NCBI RefSeq assembly: GCF_009914755.1
Contig: NC_060940.1
Direction: 5' to 3' (one strand)
From: the human T2T-CHM13v2.0 reference genome, Homo sapiens
DNA: 64,000 bases
In this document: positions 47,191 through 61,310 of the stretch, piece after piece
Layout of the letters: the number at the start of each line of letters is the position of its first letter
Position numbering within the stretch: the stretch's first letter is position 1
Position numbers and translations under genes: made by a program
Notes under the pieces: model-generated
The model's input: the letters and a program-made list of their open reading frames with translations, nothing else
What the model was told of the DNA's origin: nothing
Database searches by the model: none

Positions 47191-48367
47191 CTATCTCTGT
47201 CTCTCTCATCTATCATCTATCTATTTACAATAATTCCAGTCTCATTTTATTTCCCTTCCCTTTTCTTTTTGGCACCTATTACTAGCTGGCATTTTCTTAT
47301 ATTTTTTGGAGTTTCCTCCCAAAATTTATTTGTTATTAATTATAAGAATATGTTTTCCATGAGAAAAAGGACTTATTCACTTATCTAATTCCAATAGTTA
47401 GAATGGTACTTTACACATAATAGACACTCAGCACATATTTTTAAAACAATAAATCAGTTAATGAATGGATCTACTTGACTTTTAGTAGGTCCTATTGAAC
47501 ACTGCATTCCACAGCTCCTTGAAAATCCTTACTGAGGCAGCTAATATTTAAGAAGGAACACCCTGACCTTTCACTGTCCAGTTTTATTGCCTGAATCAAG
47601 AAAAATATCCCTGAGATAGACCTCACTGCCTCTCTGCAAACCTCTTAATACCCTTAGTCAATTGTAAGAAGCTGCTTGGAACCCTGTAAGATGGTCTTTG
47701 GCCAGATCAAGTCTTGCTCCTCTTCCTCTGAATCTTGTAGGGGCCTTTAATCTTTCTGTAACTGTGATTCCCCAGAACAGGATGCCTTTGTTAGCCTAGC
47801 ATCTTTTCTGTTACTTCTATGAAACAAGGAGAGACGCTCCCTGGGACCCTTAACTATTTCTGGAAGCAAAATGACCCTTGCCCCACTGAAGACTTAGGAG
47901 CCTGGTCACTTCCAACCGGGCTTTTCATCTTTGTGACTCTCAGTCATGGGCAAGAGGCTAGCTAGCTCCAATCCTAATGCCCGTGCCATCACCTGCTTCA
48001 TTTCTGGTTTCTTCCTTGCTTTTGTGATACCCTCATTGACTCTTTCCACTGTACCCTGTGGACTTGCCTCTATGGGACACTTCCTCCCCATCCTGCCTGA
48101 AGAGGAAAGAGCCTGCCTTTCTTCTGGGAACATCATCCCATTCAGAAACAACAACCTTTCTGGAGTCAGGAGTTTGCTTTCCTCTTGTTCTTTATTGCTG
48201 CTTCCTGGAGATTGCATTCTTGTTTAAAAGCTCACCTGTAAGACTCTGATCAAATGTCCATTCTTCCCTCTCACTTCATCCCTGAAGATGAATGGGACAT
48301 TTATCTTTATATATGTATGTATGCCTAGGGGAAAAAACTGAAGGAACATTATGTATATATATAATGC

Positions 48368-48398
<31 letters not shown>

Positions 48399-48422
48399 AT
48401 GTGTGTGTATATATATATATAA

Positions 48423-48718
48423 TTTTTTTTGAGACAGGGTCTTGCTAGACTGGAGTGCAGTGGAGTGATCATGGCTCACTGCAGCCTCGACCTCCTGGGC
48501 TTAAGTGAGCCTCCCAACTCAGCCTCCCTAGTAGCTAGGACTACAGGCATGTGCCACCATACCCAGCTAATTTTAAAATTTGTATTTATTATTATTTTTG
48601 GTAGAGATGGGGTCTCACTATGCTGCCTGCGCTGTTCTTGAACTCCTGGGCTCAAGCAATCCTCCTGTCGCAGCCTCCCAAAGTGCTGGAAATACAGGCA
48701 TGAGACACTGCATCCAGT
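48423..48718 (-). mobile_element. AluJ preceded by a (TG)n/(TA)n tail (48350-48421)
   Basis: Full dimer. Confidence 0.9.
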
Positions 48719-51276
48719 CTATGATATTCTTATGTTTTTACAATGTGCTTATTATTGAGTAGGGAAATTATGAGTGATGTGTGTGTATGTATGTGTGTGT
48801 ATACAGATGTATGCATCTGTGTTCAATTTTTCCTGTTGAGAGTGAGTAAACAAATATTTTTGAAAATAATAAAATACATAAATGAGGGGCAGGGGCTCTC
48901 TTGGACACTTCCAAAAGTACTTTGCTCAATTTTCTATGTTAGGCCTATCTGCAAGAAGCATAAGGGTTTGTCAGGAGCTATTATGATTATTTATTCTACA
49001 AATCCCAGTTCAACAAAGAAGGGTGAGGCTTGAGTGTTCAATTAGAGAAGCTGGCCAGTTGTGGTATCATATCAGCTCTACATCCAATGCTCAGTTTTCA
49101 AGGGGTCATGTTGCTCTGAAAGGCCTGGTGAGGTTGATGAGTGTCTTAATGAAGCCACTTGTGAAAGATAATGTGACGTGTTTGTCCATCACATTGACGC
49201 ATGAAAGGAGCTTTCACAAAAGACAGCACAGAAATTTTGCAGGCTCGGACCAGAAGGGAATTTGTCAGTGTTTAGCTTGGCTGACATCCCACACCCTACC
49301 TTCTTGTGCAGTTAGAATCCCTTCTAGTGTAATGTGTGAAAAACCATAGGCCCCCTGCCCACACCCTCCTAGAGCTGTATCACCAACAGCTTTCAAGTGT
49401 GTGCAAATTGGGAGACGGCTGGATCCCACATCTCTGGGTGACATTTGCTGAAACAAATGCCTGTTAATAAGTGGCACGATTCCCTTGGTCTCAGTGATAA
49501 AGATGTACCTGTTACTGGGAGCCCTTGAGAGAAATCTTTGGTGAAGGCCTTCACACTCATTTTAATTGGTGATAGACAGATGTGTTGAGAAAACTTATAT
49601 TTTTTTCTCCATCCGTCTCAATTAGAATGTTATGAAATAGCACCCCCTTTGCTCTTCGTGCTTTATGCCCTAGACTTTAAAGACTGACAACGAGTGGTTA
49701 AAAAATCTCCATTGCTTCAGGATGCAGTATCAGCTGATTTGGTGGATTAAATCGTTTTAAGGTCCTGAGCTTTAATTCTTACTTCAGTGATTCTCAAACC
49801 TTGTTTTGCAAAACCCCAGAGCTTTAATCTTAAGGGATGAGCCTGCTATTTCCAAGACAACAAAATTATTTCTACTTCATATTAATACAAAACATTAAAA
49901 TATACATTGTCTTTGTAATATAGTTTATTAATTCAAAGCACTTGCATTCCCATTTATCTGGTCTTCATACAAAACCATGTATGAGTGAGTAGGCAGATGG
50001 TCTTATTTATTACTTCGTTCAATATATAGATTTTTGAGTGCCTACCGGTATACAGCACTGAACGAAAGAGAAAAATACTAGTTTGGATGGGAGCTCAACA
50101 CAGTCTGAGGGGATATATTGGACCCATTTTGCAGAGGAAGAAACTTTGGTTCAGGAAGGGAAAGTGAACTCTGAAGTTTGACATAAAGTTAGCTTCAGAA
50201 CTAGAATATCTGCCTTCTGATCTCAGCCTATCACCTATCTCAGGTTCTGTCTCCACGATACCATGTGATTGGAACTGGCTCATTAACCTGGGGATGGATC
50301 AATCAGCATCTTTTTTTTTTTTTTAACAGGATTGGAAATCTGCATTCCTTGATCACTCAGTCTATAGGGTGAACTTACAATGGCCCTCATGCTTAATCTT
50401 GAAATACAGGGATGGTCTGATGGAGTGTGCTGGAGACCCTGCTGAGATCTTTGGACAACTCCTCTCCAGTCCACTACCTGAATCCTTTCTCTTCTCCTCA
50501 AAAAAATCTGAGACTATCCAAATGAAGAGTAAATAAAGGGAGAAGTAAGAAGGAAACATGAGACAGAGAGGCAGCAGGAGCAGAATGAAACTTGGGGAGC
50601 AGAGGGAGAAGCCAAGAAAACTTACTGGACTTGGAGCCAATAAATTGGCCATGGCATGAAGGTTTCTGCCAGCAATATGGCAGCCCATTCCAGCTCTTTC
50701 CATTTTCTTTTCCCAGCTGTGCTGCCAAGCACCATGCTTAGGCTGGTTTAACAGAGATTATGCTAGGAGGATTTTCTAACATTCATGTCCTGATTACCCC
50801 TTATCTGATTCCTTAGCAGTAGCCTTCAGTGGCCTCAGAGAATTCCAGGTTCAGCTGTCTGAACAGTTCAATGACTGTTTGTAAGTTCTGACTTACGATC
50901 AAGGCAGGAAATGTGAAAAGCATTTTTAAAAAGGAAAAAAACCATCCGGCGTTGTTAACATTTTTGTTATTCCAGTATTTTCCCATGCATATAAATATGT
51001 GTACTTCTTTTATTTTTCACAAGAGTACTCTCACACCATAATATTGTTTTATAGCCCTCTTTTCCACTGTGCTCTAGTGTAAACATTTTACTGTACCAAA
51101 TCTTTTTCCACAAAAGGATTTTTAATTACTGCATAGATTTCTATTGAACGGATGTACTAAAATTTACCTAAACAGCTCTTATTATTCAACATGATTCAAC
51201 CATTGTTACAAATAATATAGTTGTATATTTATCTTTATGGAAAGCTATTTCTGAATACTCCTAAGTATAAGTTCAT

Positions 51277-51712
51277 GTATTAGTTAGGTTTTGCTGTGTA
51301 ACAAATCATCGCACAACTTAGTGGTGTCAAACAATGACTATTTACTTACCTCTGCAGGTCTGCATTTTGGGCCAGGTAGTTCTGCTGGACTAGGCTGGAA
51401 TCAGTGGACATAGGCTCTGGTTACTTATGCATTTGCAATCAGCTGGGGGACTGCATGGGATGATGGTGGTATGTCATCTTCCAGCAGGCCAGGTTGTTTC
51501 CATAGCAGTTAGAGTTGCAAGAGCAGCAAGGAGGCAAACCCTGATGCACAAACTTTTTTTCAAGTTTTGGTTGCATCACATTTGCTTCTGTCCCATAGGC
51601 CAAAGCATGTGACATGGCCAAGCCCGGAGACAGTTTGAGAAGACATTACCAAAGGCATGGCTACAAAAGGCATGAAAGTCTCAGGACCATTGTTGTAATC
51701 AACTCATCACAG
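51277..51712 (-). mobile_element. MLT1 LTR
   Basis: tgtattagttaggttttgctgtgtaacaaatcatc...cttagtgg...gacatggccaagccc. Confidence 0.7.
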
Positions 51713-52129
51713 TCCCTAAAATGGGAGTTTCTGGGTCAAAAAGTGTGGCCATTTAAAGGTTTTCATTGTCACATTGCTCTCCAGAGAAATTGTAACTAAT
51801 TTACACACCACCTAGAGTACATGCATTTCCAAATTCACTTGATCACTGGATATAATCATTGGTTTAATTTCCCCCCAGAAAATAATATTATTGCTTTTGA
51901 AGAGTACATGCTTTGTGAGGGAAGCTGTCTTGAATGTCCAGCTTCCAGGTGCAAGCGCCTGCATGTGTGCACAGGTGACACCATGTAGAACCGAAGAACC
52001 ACCTGGCTGAGTCTAGCCAACCCAGAGAATTGTGAGGGAAAAGAATATTTTTTTAAGGCAGAAGAAAAATGTATGTTCATTGTAAAAACCTGAAGCAATG
52101 TGGTACCTTTATCATCAATATCTTCCCCA

Positions 52130-53450
52130 GTATTTGATTCATTCTGACATTATGTTGTTGGGTTACATTTATTTCTATTACATTTAGGACCTTTGAGTCT
52201 ATATTCATTAGTGAAATTTGTCTGCCATTTACTCTTTTTTTTTGGTTTGCTGTCTTTGACAAGTTTTTGCTATTTTCATCAAAACATCTGGGAAGTCTTC
52301 CATCTTTTCTTGTTTTTTAATGCTTAGGAAGAGCATAAATGGCAAAGGATTTAGAATATTTTTTAGAAGTTTGAGTGGATTTACCATACCCCCAAAGCAA
52401 AACAATTTCTGGGCCTGGTGCCTTTTCCAAGATTAGTTATTTGATAATTTTTTCTGGTGTATTTCATGATCATTTTTGGTATACTTTCAAATGTGTTATG
52501 TTTTTTTAAGAATAAGCATTTAATTGAGTCTCTAATTTATTAGCATAAAACTATATATATTGTCCTGTAATGATGTGAAAAATTGCCTTGCCATCTGCAA
52601 TTCTCTTTTCTCATTCTTACTGAGTTCCTATTTTTAGTTTTTGAAAATTTTCTTATGAGCTTTGCCAGAGTGTCACTGTTTTATTTTTCCCCTCAAACAA
52701 CCACCTCTTAAATTTATTCTTCAGTTCAACTTTTTTCTGTTTCCAGATGCATTAATTTCTGCTTTTTAATTATTTCCTCAGTTTTATCACTCTTCCTAGT
52801 TTCTTGAGCTAAATGTCCCTATGTACTTTCAATTATATCTACTGATTTGTCAAAAATTGGATAGTATGCTCGTCTCCTACTATGATAGTGATTTTTCAAC
52901 ACCTTTGTATTTTTTTAAACAAATTTTGTTTTGTACATTTCTAATGTACTTTTATGTTATAGGAGTTAGAGTTTCATGATTCTCCAGTCTTATTGTGAAG
53001 TTACTCAGATCTGAGTTCAAATTCTCCTGTGCTGCCTACCAAATGATGAACCAGTTTTAGATTCTCCTAAAAGCTTGGTGATAATAATGCCAGTGTTGCT
53101 TATTTTTAATACTTAAATTAAATGATATAATTGATGTTAAGTGCTCATCATAGTGCCAGGCACATGGAACACACACTGCTATTGGTTATATTGTTATTAT
53201 TGATGTACTCTTTATGAATACAAAATATCCATCTTTGTCCTATGTAATATTTTTATGCTTTACATTTTATTTGTCTGATAATTAATATTTCTGCTCATGG
53301 CAGCTTTTCCCACCTTTTCATTTTCATTTTGGATCATTTTATTTTCAGCAAGTCTCATGGGAACCATGTATATTTGAATTCTATTTTTTCTTTAAATTAT
53401 GAATCTTTGTCCTTTAATGGGATAATTCAATCCATTCACATTTTTTTTTT
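52130..53450 (-). mobile_element. Highly decayed L1M ORF2 fragments (with a nested MIR at about 53000-53200)
   Basis: ORF 52077-52262(-) contains RQISLMNIDSKVLNVI, similar to ORF2p [16 protein letters not shown]. Confidence 0.6.
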
Positions 53451-53689
53451 TTTGCAAGACACAGCATTTGGCAAGTGTTTACTTCTTTCTTCTCCCAATC
53501 CACTTTCCTGCCTTTGAAGATTTTAGAACCAGAATTTATGAAAAAAAATAAATATATTTGATTTCCCATGAATTGCTATTGACACATGCATTATTTCATG
53601 CAATTCAAGACTTTTTTAAAGATGTGACTCTCAAACTTACTTCATTACTCACTTTTTATGTTTTTTGGACCCATTTCCCTCTTATTGAA

Positions 53690-54082
53690 TTAATTGATTG
53701 ATTCATTAATTCAATCAACAAATATTTATTGAAAACATACTGTATGCAGACACTGTGCTAGGGTCTGAGAGAAACGTATTTGATGTAAACCTGGTCTGTG
53801 TCTTCATTGAATCTACATTTAGATTCACAAAATTAGAGACACAAAAATAGATGACAAATTAAAGCAGATATAAAGGAAACCAATAAGGGTCTCAAGGAGA
53901 GATTAGTGAACGTGCATGTGAGTATCTATTTAGCAAGTTTAATGAGGGGATGCTTTTTGTGAAGGTGACATTTATGCTGGCAGCTTAAGAAGTGGCATTA
54001 GCTGTGTGAAGAGAGGAAGGAAGAAAGGCATTCCAGGCAGAAGGACTAGCATATGCAAAGGGCTTGAAAGGGGAAAGAGCCT
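53690..54082 (-). mobile_element. L2 3' end
   Basis: ttcaatcaacaaatatttattgaaaacatactgtatgcagacactgtgctagg...cattccaggcagaagg. Confidence 0.8.
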
Positions 54083-54230
54083 TATCCTAATGTTTTCATA
54101 GAAATTATTTTTAAATACTCAACAATTAGCTTTTGAATTAAAGGAATGCACACAAGTGAAGTTAATCTCTTATAGGCAAAACCAAATGAAGGATTGGAAA
54201 ATGCCTCTGAAGAGTCAGCTGGAAGGCTCT

Positions 54231-54385
54231 TCATCCATCCATCCAACCATCCATCCATCCATCCATCCATCCATCCATCCACTCATCCATCCATTCATCC
54301 ATCCATCCACCCACCCATCTACCCACCCATCCATCCATCCATTCACCCACCCACTCATCCATCTATCCATTCATCCATCCATCCA
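54231..54385 (+). repeat. (TCCA)n tract followed by an L2 3' fragment
   Basis: Direct read; cattgagtgcctactgtgtgccaga follows. Confidence 0.92.
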
Positions 54386-55094
54386 ATAAGCAGTCATTGA
54401 GTGCCTACTGTGTGCCAGACCCTGTGCCAGGTGTTGATCACAAATAATACAAGCACCTCCTGGAGAGTAGAGCCTAGTTGTGTACATGGGATGGAGGGCC
54501 CATGATAATAAAGCTGGTACTTCTCATGGAGTGGGATGGGCCAGGGGCATGGGGAAGGCACACGTGCTGTGCTCTGTAGAGCTCTGAGCAGGGAGGGACG
54601 CAGTGGGAAAGAGCTGAGAACAATTCCTGCCAGATGGCTTTATTCTTTCCCCTGAAGGAAGTGGGGACTTCGTGCTGTGACATGATACACAAGAACAGTG
54701 TTTCCTGTGGGTTTGCAAGGGCATTTTGAATATAAACACTACAGCTCGCTGATGTGTGAAAAAATTATTTTTTTTGCTTTTTCAGACTTTGTGAAGGGAT
54801 AATCAGATCAATTTTATAAGTCTGGAAAACAGGTATTTGGGGTGAATTTTAATGCACACATTATAGTGGCTGGAACCCTAACCAAAGGCAGCTGTCACCT
54901 GTTGGTGGGTTCTCTTAGGCACGTTGTTTGTTCATCTAGCTGTCACCTGGCAGCTTATGCCCTCCAGTTCCTGGAACTGACCAGTTATCTGCAACTGACT
55001 AAGTTCTGGTACTGGATCCTGTGTGATTTGACTCTAACCTCCAAGAACCTTACTGTCTTTAGCTGTGAAATGCGGAGAAGACTGGACTACTTGA

Positions 55095-55722
<628 letters not shown>

Positions 55723-55729
55723 CTGTCTA

Positions 55730-56090
55730 ATATTTAATTGAGTGCCTGTTGTGTGCTAAGTACTGTGCTGGGTTCTCATCCAGTGGCCAGTAAATTAGAC
55801 AATCCTCCCATCATAGAGCTTGCCATCTAGTAGGGAGACAGACAAGCAAATAATTACACAGGTAATAATACAATTACAGTTATGATAAGTATTACAAATG
55901 AGAAGAATGGGGTAGGTGAGCATGTGTATTAAGGCTATCGGTCTCATTTTGAGGGCCAGAGAACTCTTTCTTGACAAAATGAAGTTGAAACAAAAACTAG
56001 GTGAAGATTGGCAGAAAAGTATCCCAGGCAGAGGGCACAGCCAGTGTGAAGGCCTTGGGATAGGAAGGGGCATGGCCACATCAAGGGAGG
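55730..56090 (-). mobile_element. L2
   Basis: attgagtgcctgttgtgtgctaagtactgtgctggg...ccaggcagagggcacagccagtgtgaaggcc. Confidence 0.78.
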
Positions 56091-56954
56091 TAAAAATACA
56101 TAACAAAATAATAATATGAGTAACAATGGCAACTACTACTGAAGGAGGACCGCCTATTTGCCAGGGACCATGCGATCCTTAACTGTGTGGTTTTGATCAA
56201 ATCATCTAAACTCCTTGCACCTTGGTCTATGCATCTATAAAATGGGGTGATAGTGATCGTGTATACTTCATCAGGTTCTTCTGAGGCGCCAATGAAGTAA
56301 CGTCTGGGAAATCCTTAGGTCTATGCCTGGACCATAGGAAGTGTTTAAGAGACAGCCGTTGTGACTGTTATTTTTATGAATGGTATTGGGTGAGAAAAAG
56401 TTCGTGTTGCATCTCAGGGCTTGCCTTGGACCCTGTTGATGATTTCTATGTTGAGGTCACTCTTGGAGTTTCTGCAGAAGTAGAACTCTTGGAAGTCTGC
56501 TATTCAGCAGATGAGTGAAACAAGTGCTTCTCCCTCCGCTCCCACAGAAAGAGGGGCAGAGATGCCAGCCACAGCTTGGCTTTCAGGCAGCAGGCACATT
56601 GGGATCAGTGATTGGCATTTGCAACATTGGTTGGCATCACAGAGAGCATGGAAGGTCAAGGTAATAATTATCAAGGACAGTTTAAGGGAAACAGTACATT
56701 CCATTCCTTATCCATTGTAAGACCAGTACATTCCCTGTTCTTTAACTCTTGGGAAGACATCTCCCCCAGATCTCTCTGCTGAGGATCAGGGCCATTTCTC
56801 TGTTAAAAATGTCAAACAGCAACTTACCAGAGGAAACAGAATGGTGGAAATGCCATCTCAGCATTCAAGAAGCCCCAGTACCAAACTTTGCATGTATATA
56901 CGTTTGAAACAAGCTTTGTAAATTACTTTTGTTCATTTGTAATTACTTATCCAT

Positions 56955-56959
<5 letters not shown>

Positions 56960-57006
<47 letters not shown>

Positions 57007-57152
57007 TGTGGTTTGTTGTCACCTGGGCTGGAGTGCAGTGATGCGACCATGGCTCACTATATTCAAAATCCTGGGCTCATGCGATCCTCCCACCTCAGCC
57101 TTCTGAGGAGCTGGGACCGTAGGCACGTGCCACCAGGCCCAGCAAATAAAAT

Positions 57153-57191
<39 letters not shown>

Positions 57192-57290
57192 TTGTAGAGA
57201 TAGGGCCTTGCTATGTTGCTCAGGCTGGTCTCGAACTCCTGGCCTCAAGTGATCCTCCTGTCTCAGCCTCCCAAAGTGCAGGGATTACAG
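56960..57290 (-). mobile_element. AluJ with (CT)n(GT)n tail and (ATTT)n linker
   Basis: Alu body 57010-57290. Confidence 0.88.
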
Positions 57291-57354
57291 TTAGGTATGG
57301 AGAGAGAAGGAAATAAGGAAGACACAGTTATTACTCTTTAGGACCCATAATTTA

Positions 57355-57554
57355 ACTCAAGTGATTTTGCCCCCAGGTGGTATTTGGCAATGTCTGGAGA
57401 CATTTTGTTTGTCACAACTTGGGGTGGTGGGGGTTGCTACTGGAATCTAGTGGGTAGAGGCCAGGGATGCTACTGAACAAAATATACAAGACAGCCTCAC
57501 AACAAAGAATTGACCAGTCCACAGTGTCCACAGTGCCATGGTTGAGAAACCTTG
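57355..57554. mobile_element. MER20 (hAT-Charlie)
   Basis: tgattttgcccccagg..tttggcaatgtctggagacatttt..ctactggaatctagtgggtagaggccagggatgct..ggttgagaaacc. Confidence 0.88.
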
Positions 57555-57714
57555 ATCTAACTGCTTATGACATACCACTTCCATAAAGCCGAGAGATATC
57601 AATTCTTATGCAGTTATCACTGTGTACAGGAAATTGTGTGTTTGTACATGTGTGTGCATGAATGTGTAGATATAAAGGGATAAAACCTTTATCTTCCTTT
57701 CCTAGGTATTTTTA

Positions 57715-58040
57715 CCTCTGTATTATCAATTGAAATAATTTGTTTTTGAATATACAATGCAAAGTTTGAAATCCTACAGGTACAACAAGGTATACAGTGA
57801 ATAAAGAATCTCCCCATTCCACTTCTGTCCTCAAGTCTTCAGTTCTCTGGAGGAGTACTACTGTCATTAGTCTCCTATATATTAGTAGAGAGACATTCCG
57901 CATATGAACCTTATACCCTTAGTAGCACCTCACACATATTTTTTTCCTTGTTGCCTTTTTTTTTCCTATGTGATGACGTATCTTAGAGATATTTTCATAT
58001 CAGCGCATATAGAGCAGCCTCATTCATTTTAACAGCTGCA

Positions 58041-58072
<32 letters not shown>

Positions 58073-58265
58073 GTGGCTGTCCCATACGGTCTTCTGTTGA
58101 TGGGCATAGGTTATTTCTAGTCTTTTGCATAACAAACAGTGCTGGAGTGGATCTCCTTGTACCTAACTGTGGACGCACATGTGCAAGTACGTCTGTAATC
58201 CAAAATCCTGCAAGAGGAATTTCTAGGTTAAGATGGCATGTGCATTTTAAATTTGGCTAGAGATT
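57715..58265 (-). mobile_element. L1ME fragment with an internal poly(T) run
   Basis: cctcattcattttaacagctgca...ctgttgatgggcat...atgtgcattttaaatttgg. Confidence 0.6.
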
Positions 58266-58578
58266 TCTGCAGTGATGTCTGATCCTGTGCACCGTGCATT
58301 CATCATGTGACCCATTTCTAGTCCTTCTTGACCGCCCCCTCTCCTATGGGGATCCTGAGCTGATAGGGTCACTTCTGTCTCTCCCCCACACTGGAACAGC
58401 TCTCTCTAATCTACAAGATTAATTTTTTTTCCTAATCAAAATACAATTGCCAAGGATAGTTTGAAAAATATTAATTGTGTCTGTCATCCTGGGGCTCTGA
58501 GCACGTGAGCGTTTGGGATATAATCTTTGCAAATTGCCTATAGTTCATACAGCACAGCAAGAGCCTCTCTCTCTGCAG

Positions 58579-58635
58579 CCAGTCCTTTATGATCGATCAT
58601 ACCCACCCCCTCTCCCAATGGGCTGTATCCTAAGG
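58579..58635 (+). other. Candidate 57-nt exon or alternative first exon (unverified)
   Basis: ctctctctctgcAG acceptor, AGG|GTAAGT donor, open frame PVLYDRSYPPPLPMGCILR, in non-repetitive DNA. Confidence 0.25.
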
Positions 58636-59185
58636 GTAAGTAGACAGCATGGGTTCTCTTGCTTAAAAAAAATCGTTAACTCAACGGGGGCGCCTGCTGC
58701 TTGATTGGGAGTATGTCGGCATTTAGAGCCTGCTGGCTGCAATCTCACTACGCAGACTGGAAGTTGTGGGGTGTTTTTATCAGCAGGAAACAGCTTTGAG
58801 AGCGGAAGGGGAGTGAGAGTAGATGGATAGATGAGGGAATTCGAAGAGGAGGAAGCCGTGGGAGAAATGTCTTCTTTTAAAGACAGACAAGGCAGATTTC
58901 TCCGGCCCATCTCTCTGGAATGTCAAGTAGGAATGAAATGGGAAGTTGGGTTAATTCTACCAGGCCTGCCCAGCAACCAGCCTGTTCAGGTTCCCCAGGA
59001 GTTGCAGCCTGTTGTCTGAGACTGTGAGGTTCTCCTCCCTGAAGTGTCTTGTGGGAATTGGCTGGTGGCAGCATTTTCTCTGAGGTCCCAAAAATTCGAG
59101 TGGTCAAGAAGACACCCTGCAATGACCATTCCCCAACATTGGAGGCCATAAAAGTCAGTCTGGGTTTGCAAATACACACTGGAAG

Positions 59186-59225
59186 TCTCAGAGCTGGTGC
59201 AGACATCTCAGAGCTGGTGCAGACA
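59186..59225. repeat. Perfect 20-bp tandem duplication
   Basis: TCTCAGAGCTGGTGCAGACA x2. Confidence 0.97.
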
Positions 59226-59599
59226 GACACTGTGGCTGAGTGTGTGTGCCTTGTTCGTTATGGTTTCACTGCTACTGGATTGGTACCTGGTACACAGTAG
59301 GCACTGAAAAAATATTCACTGAAAGAAAGAGAAAACTTGATGGCAGTTGTAGGTCTGGGTCTGTTGGAATTTTTACCCCCAGGAAGAGATTTGGTTTTAA
59401 CTCAAAGCCAGTTGATAAACAGCCTCACCCAGCAGACAGAGGGCAGCTTGGGGGAAACTGGAGGGTATGTAGGGTGGGGTGGGGCTCTTATCTGTATGGA
59501 CAATGCCATATATTTTCTGAAACTTGGATTTTTCTCCTTATAAGGGAGAAGATCCAAGAAGACAATGAAAAAACATTTGCCCCTGCCTTTAGAAAAAAT

Positions 59600-59725
59600 A
59601 ACCTTTTAATTTTTGGAATAATTTCAGATTTTTAGAAAAGTTGCAAAACATTTACAGAGAGTTCCACTGCATACCCCTCACCCAAAGTTTCCCCCTAATG
59701 CTAACATCTTATGCAACTGTGATGC
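59600..59725 (-). mobile_element. L1MC/MB 3' end fragment
   Basis: tttggaataatttcagattt..agaaaagttgcaaaa..acagagagttcc. Confidence 0.6.
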
Positions 59726-60037
59726 CTTTGCCCCTACCATTTTGAGGTTAACAATTAAGTTAGTATAATACTTATTCTGTGCCGAGCTCTATTCTGTATC
59801 ATTTTCCTGCAGTTGTTTATTTGACCCTTTCAGCATCCTTTGAGGAATAAGCACTGTTATAGCAGTCCCCATTTTACAGACGGGGAAGCTGAGGCTCAGC
59901 TAGACTCTAGCTAGTGTTCGAAACCTAAGTTGTCTGGCTCCAGTCTCTCACCCCTCACCATTATTATCTGCACAGTAATGATGGTAACTGTCATCTCTTG
60001 ATGATAATGCGTTCAGGAACTGAGCTCAAAAGTTTTT

Positions 60038-60474
60038 CCCTCCCTCCCTTCCTCCCTCCCTCCCTCCCTTCCTTCCTTCCTTCCTTCCTTCCTTCCTTCC
60101 TTCCTTCCTTCCTTCCTTCCTCCCTCCCTCCCTCCCTCCCTCCCTTCCTTCCTTCCTTTTTTTGAGATAGGGTCTCACTCTGTCACCCAGTCTGGAGTGC
60201 AGTGTCACGATCGTAGTTCACTGTAACCTTGAACTACTGGGCTCAAGCCATCCTCCCACCTCAACTTCTTGAGTAGCTTTGACTACAGGCATAAGCCATC
60301 ATGTCTACCTAATTTTTAGTTTTTTCTTTTCTTTTTTTTTTTTTTTTCCTTTTTCTGTAGAGACAAAGTCTTGCTATGTTGCATGGCTGGTCTCAAACTC
60401 CTGGCCTCAGGAGCCCTCCTGCTTCAGCCTCCCCAAGTTCTGGGATTACAGGTGTGAGCTGACACGCCCGGCCT
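60038..60474 (-). mobile_element. AluJ with (CCCT)n/(CCTT)n tail (60038-60156)
   Basis: Alu body 60157-60474. Confidence 0.9.
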
Positions 60475-61029
60475 ACTTATGTTATTTCTAAACCCTCCCC
60501 TGACTCAGAGCTGTGGTAAAGAGCCCCGCTTTTGTTGTCCTGCTCAGGACAAAAATACATGGCCCCAGGCTTTTGTGAGTAGGATCCGGAAGGGAACTTA
60601 AGTGTGTGTGTGTGTGTGTGTGTGTGCACCCACGTGTGTGTGGGGGAGTGACAGAGATTCTCCTGGTTTCTGTCCTAGTTTTTTCTAAGCGTATGGAGAC
60701 AGGTCTGCTCCGTACATCTGGGGATTGGTATTACCACATCATTTCCCCCCTAACAGCAGCAAAGATTCTCAAAGCTTCATCAGAGCATGAACAATCAGAA
60801 ATGCCTTAATTTTGTTAGTCACAATAAATAATACTTTGATTAATTAGCAAGCACATGCCTTGGGAATATGAGAAAGTAAATGATTTCTACCCTAGATCTT
60901 TCAGGTAGCTGGGAGGGAAGAGAGTATTAAAATAAGCTTTTAACTATGGGTTTTGGATGGAGAAGAGGAGAATGCCGGAGAGGGGAAAGCAGCAGTGGAA
61001 TTGTTCTTGGAGATAGGAGAAACTGAAAC

Positions 61030-61310
61030 TCTTTCCACCCAGGGTCTTTGCAGAAAGTGGTTCCCACTGCCTGGAATACTTTTTCTTCTCTTTACATGGT
61101 GAGCTCTCACTCTAGTCTCAACTTAAATGTCTCCCCCTTTGACAGGCCCTTGCTAACATCCTGTTTCAAGTTCCTTCTGGATATTGATTAGGATGGTAAG
61201 CTTCATGAGGTTAAGGATCTCTGTTTCATCCACTGCTCCATCCTCTGGTGTCTGCAACGATGCTGGCACACCATAGGCCCTTATTAAATATGTGTCGACT
61301 AAATGAATAT
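61030..61310 (+). mobile_element. L2 3' part
   Basis: cagggtctttgca..ctgcctggaat..gtaagcttcatgagg..ctggcaca..taaatgaat. Confidence 0.7.

Noticed and set aside
58679-58696. CTCF site (CAACGGGGGCGCC)
   Set aside because: Only the 3' half of the core matches.
58513-58704. Resemblance of QQEPLSLQ to the KSR2 N-terminus (QQPLSLQ, from memory)
   Set aside because: The match is short and low-complexity, with no flanking similarity. I assign no gene symbol.
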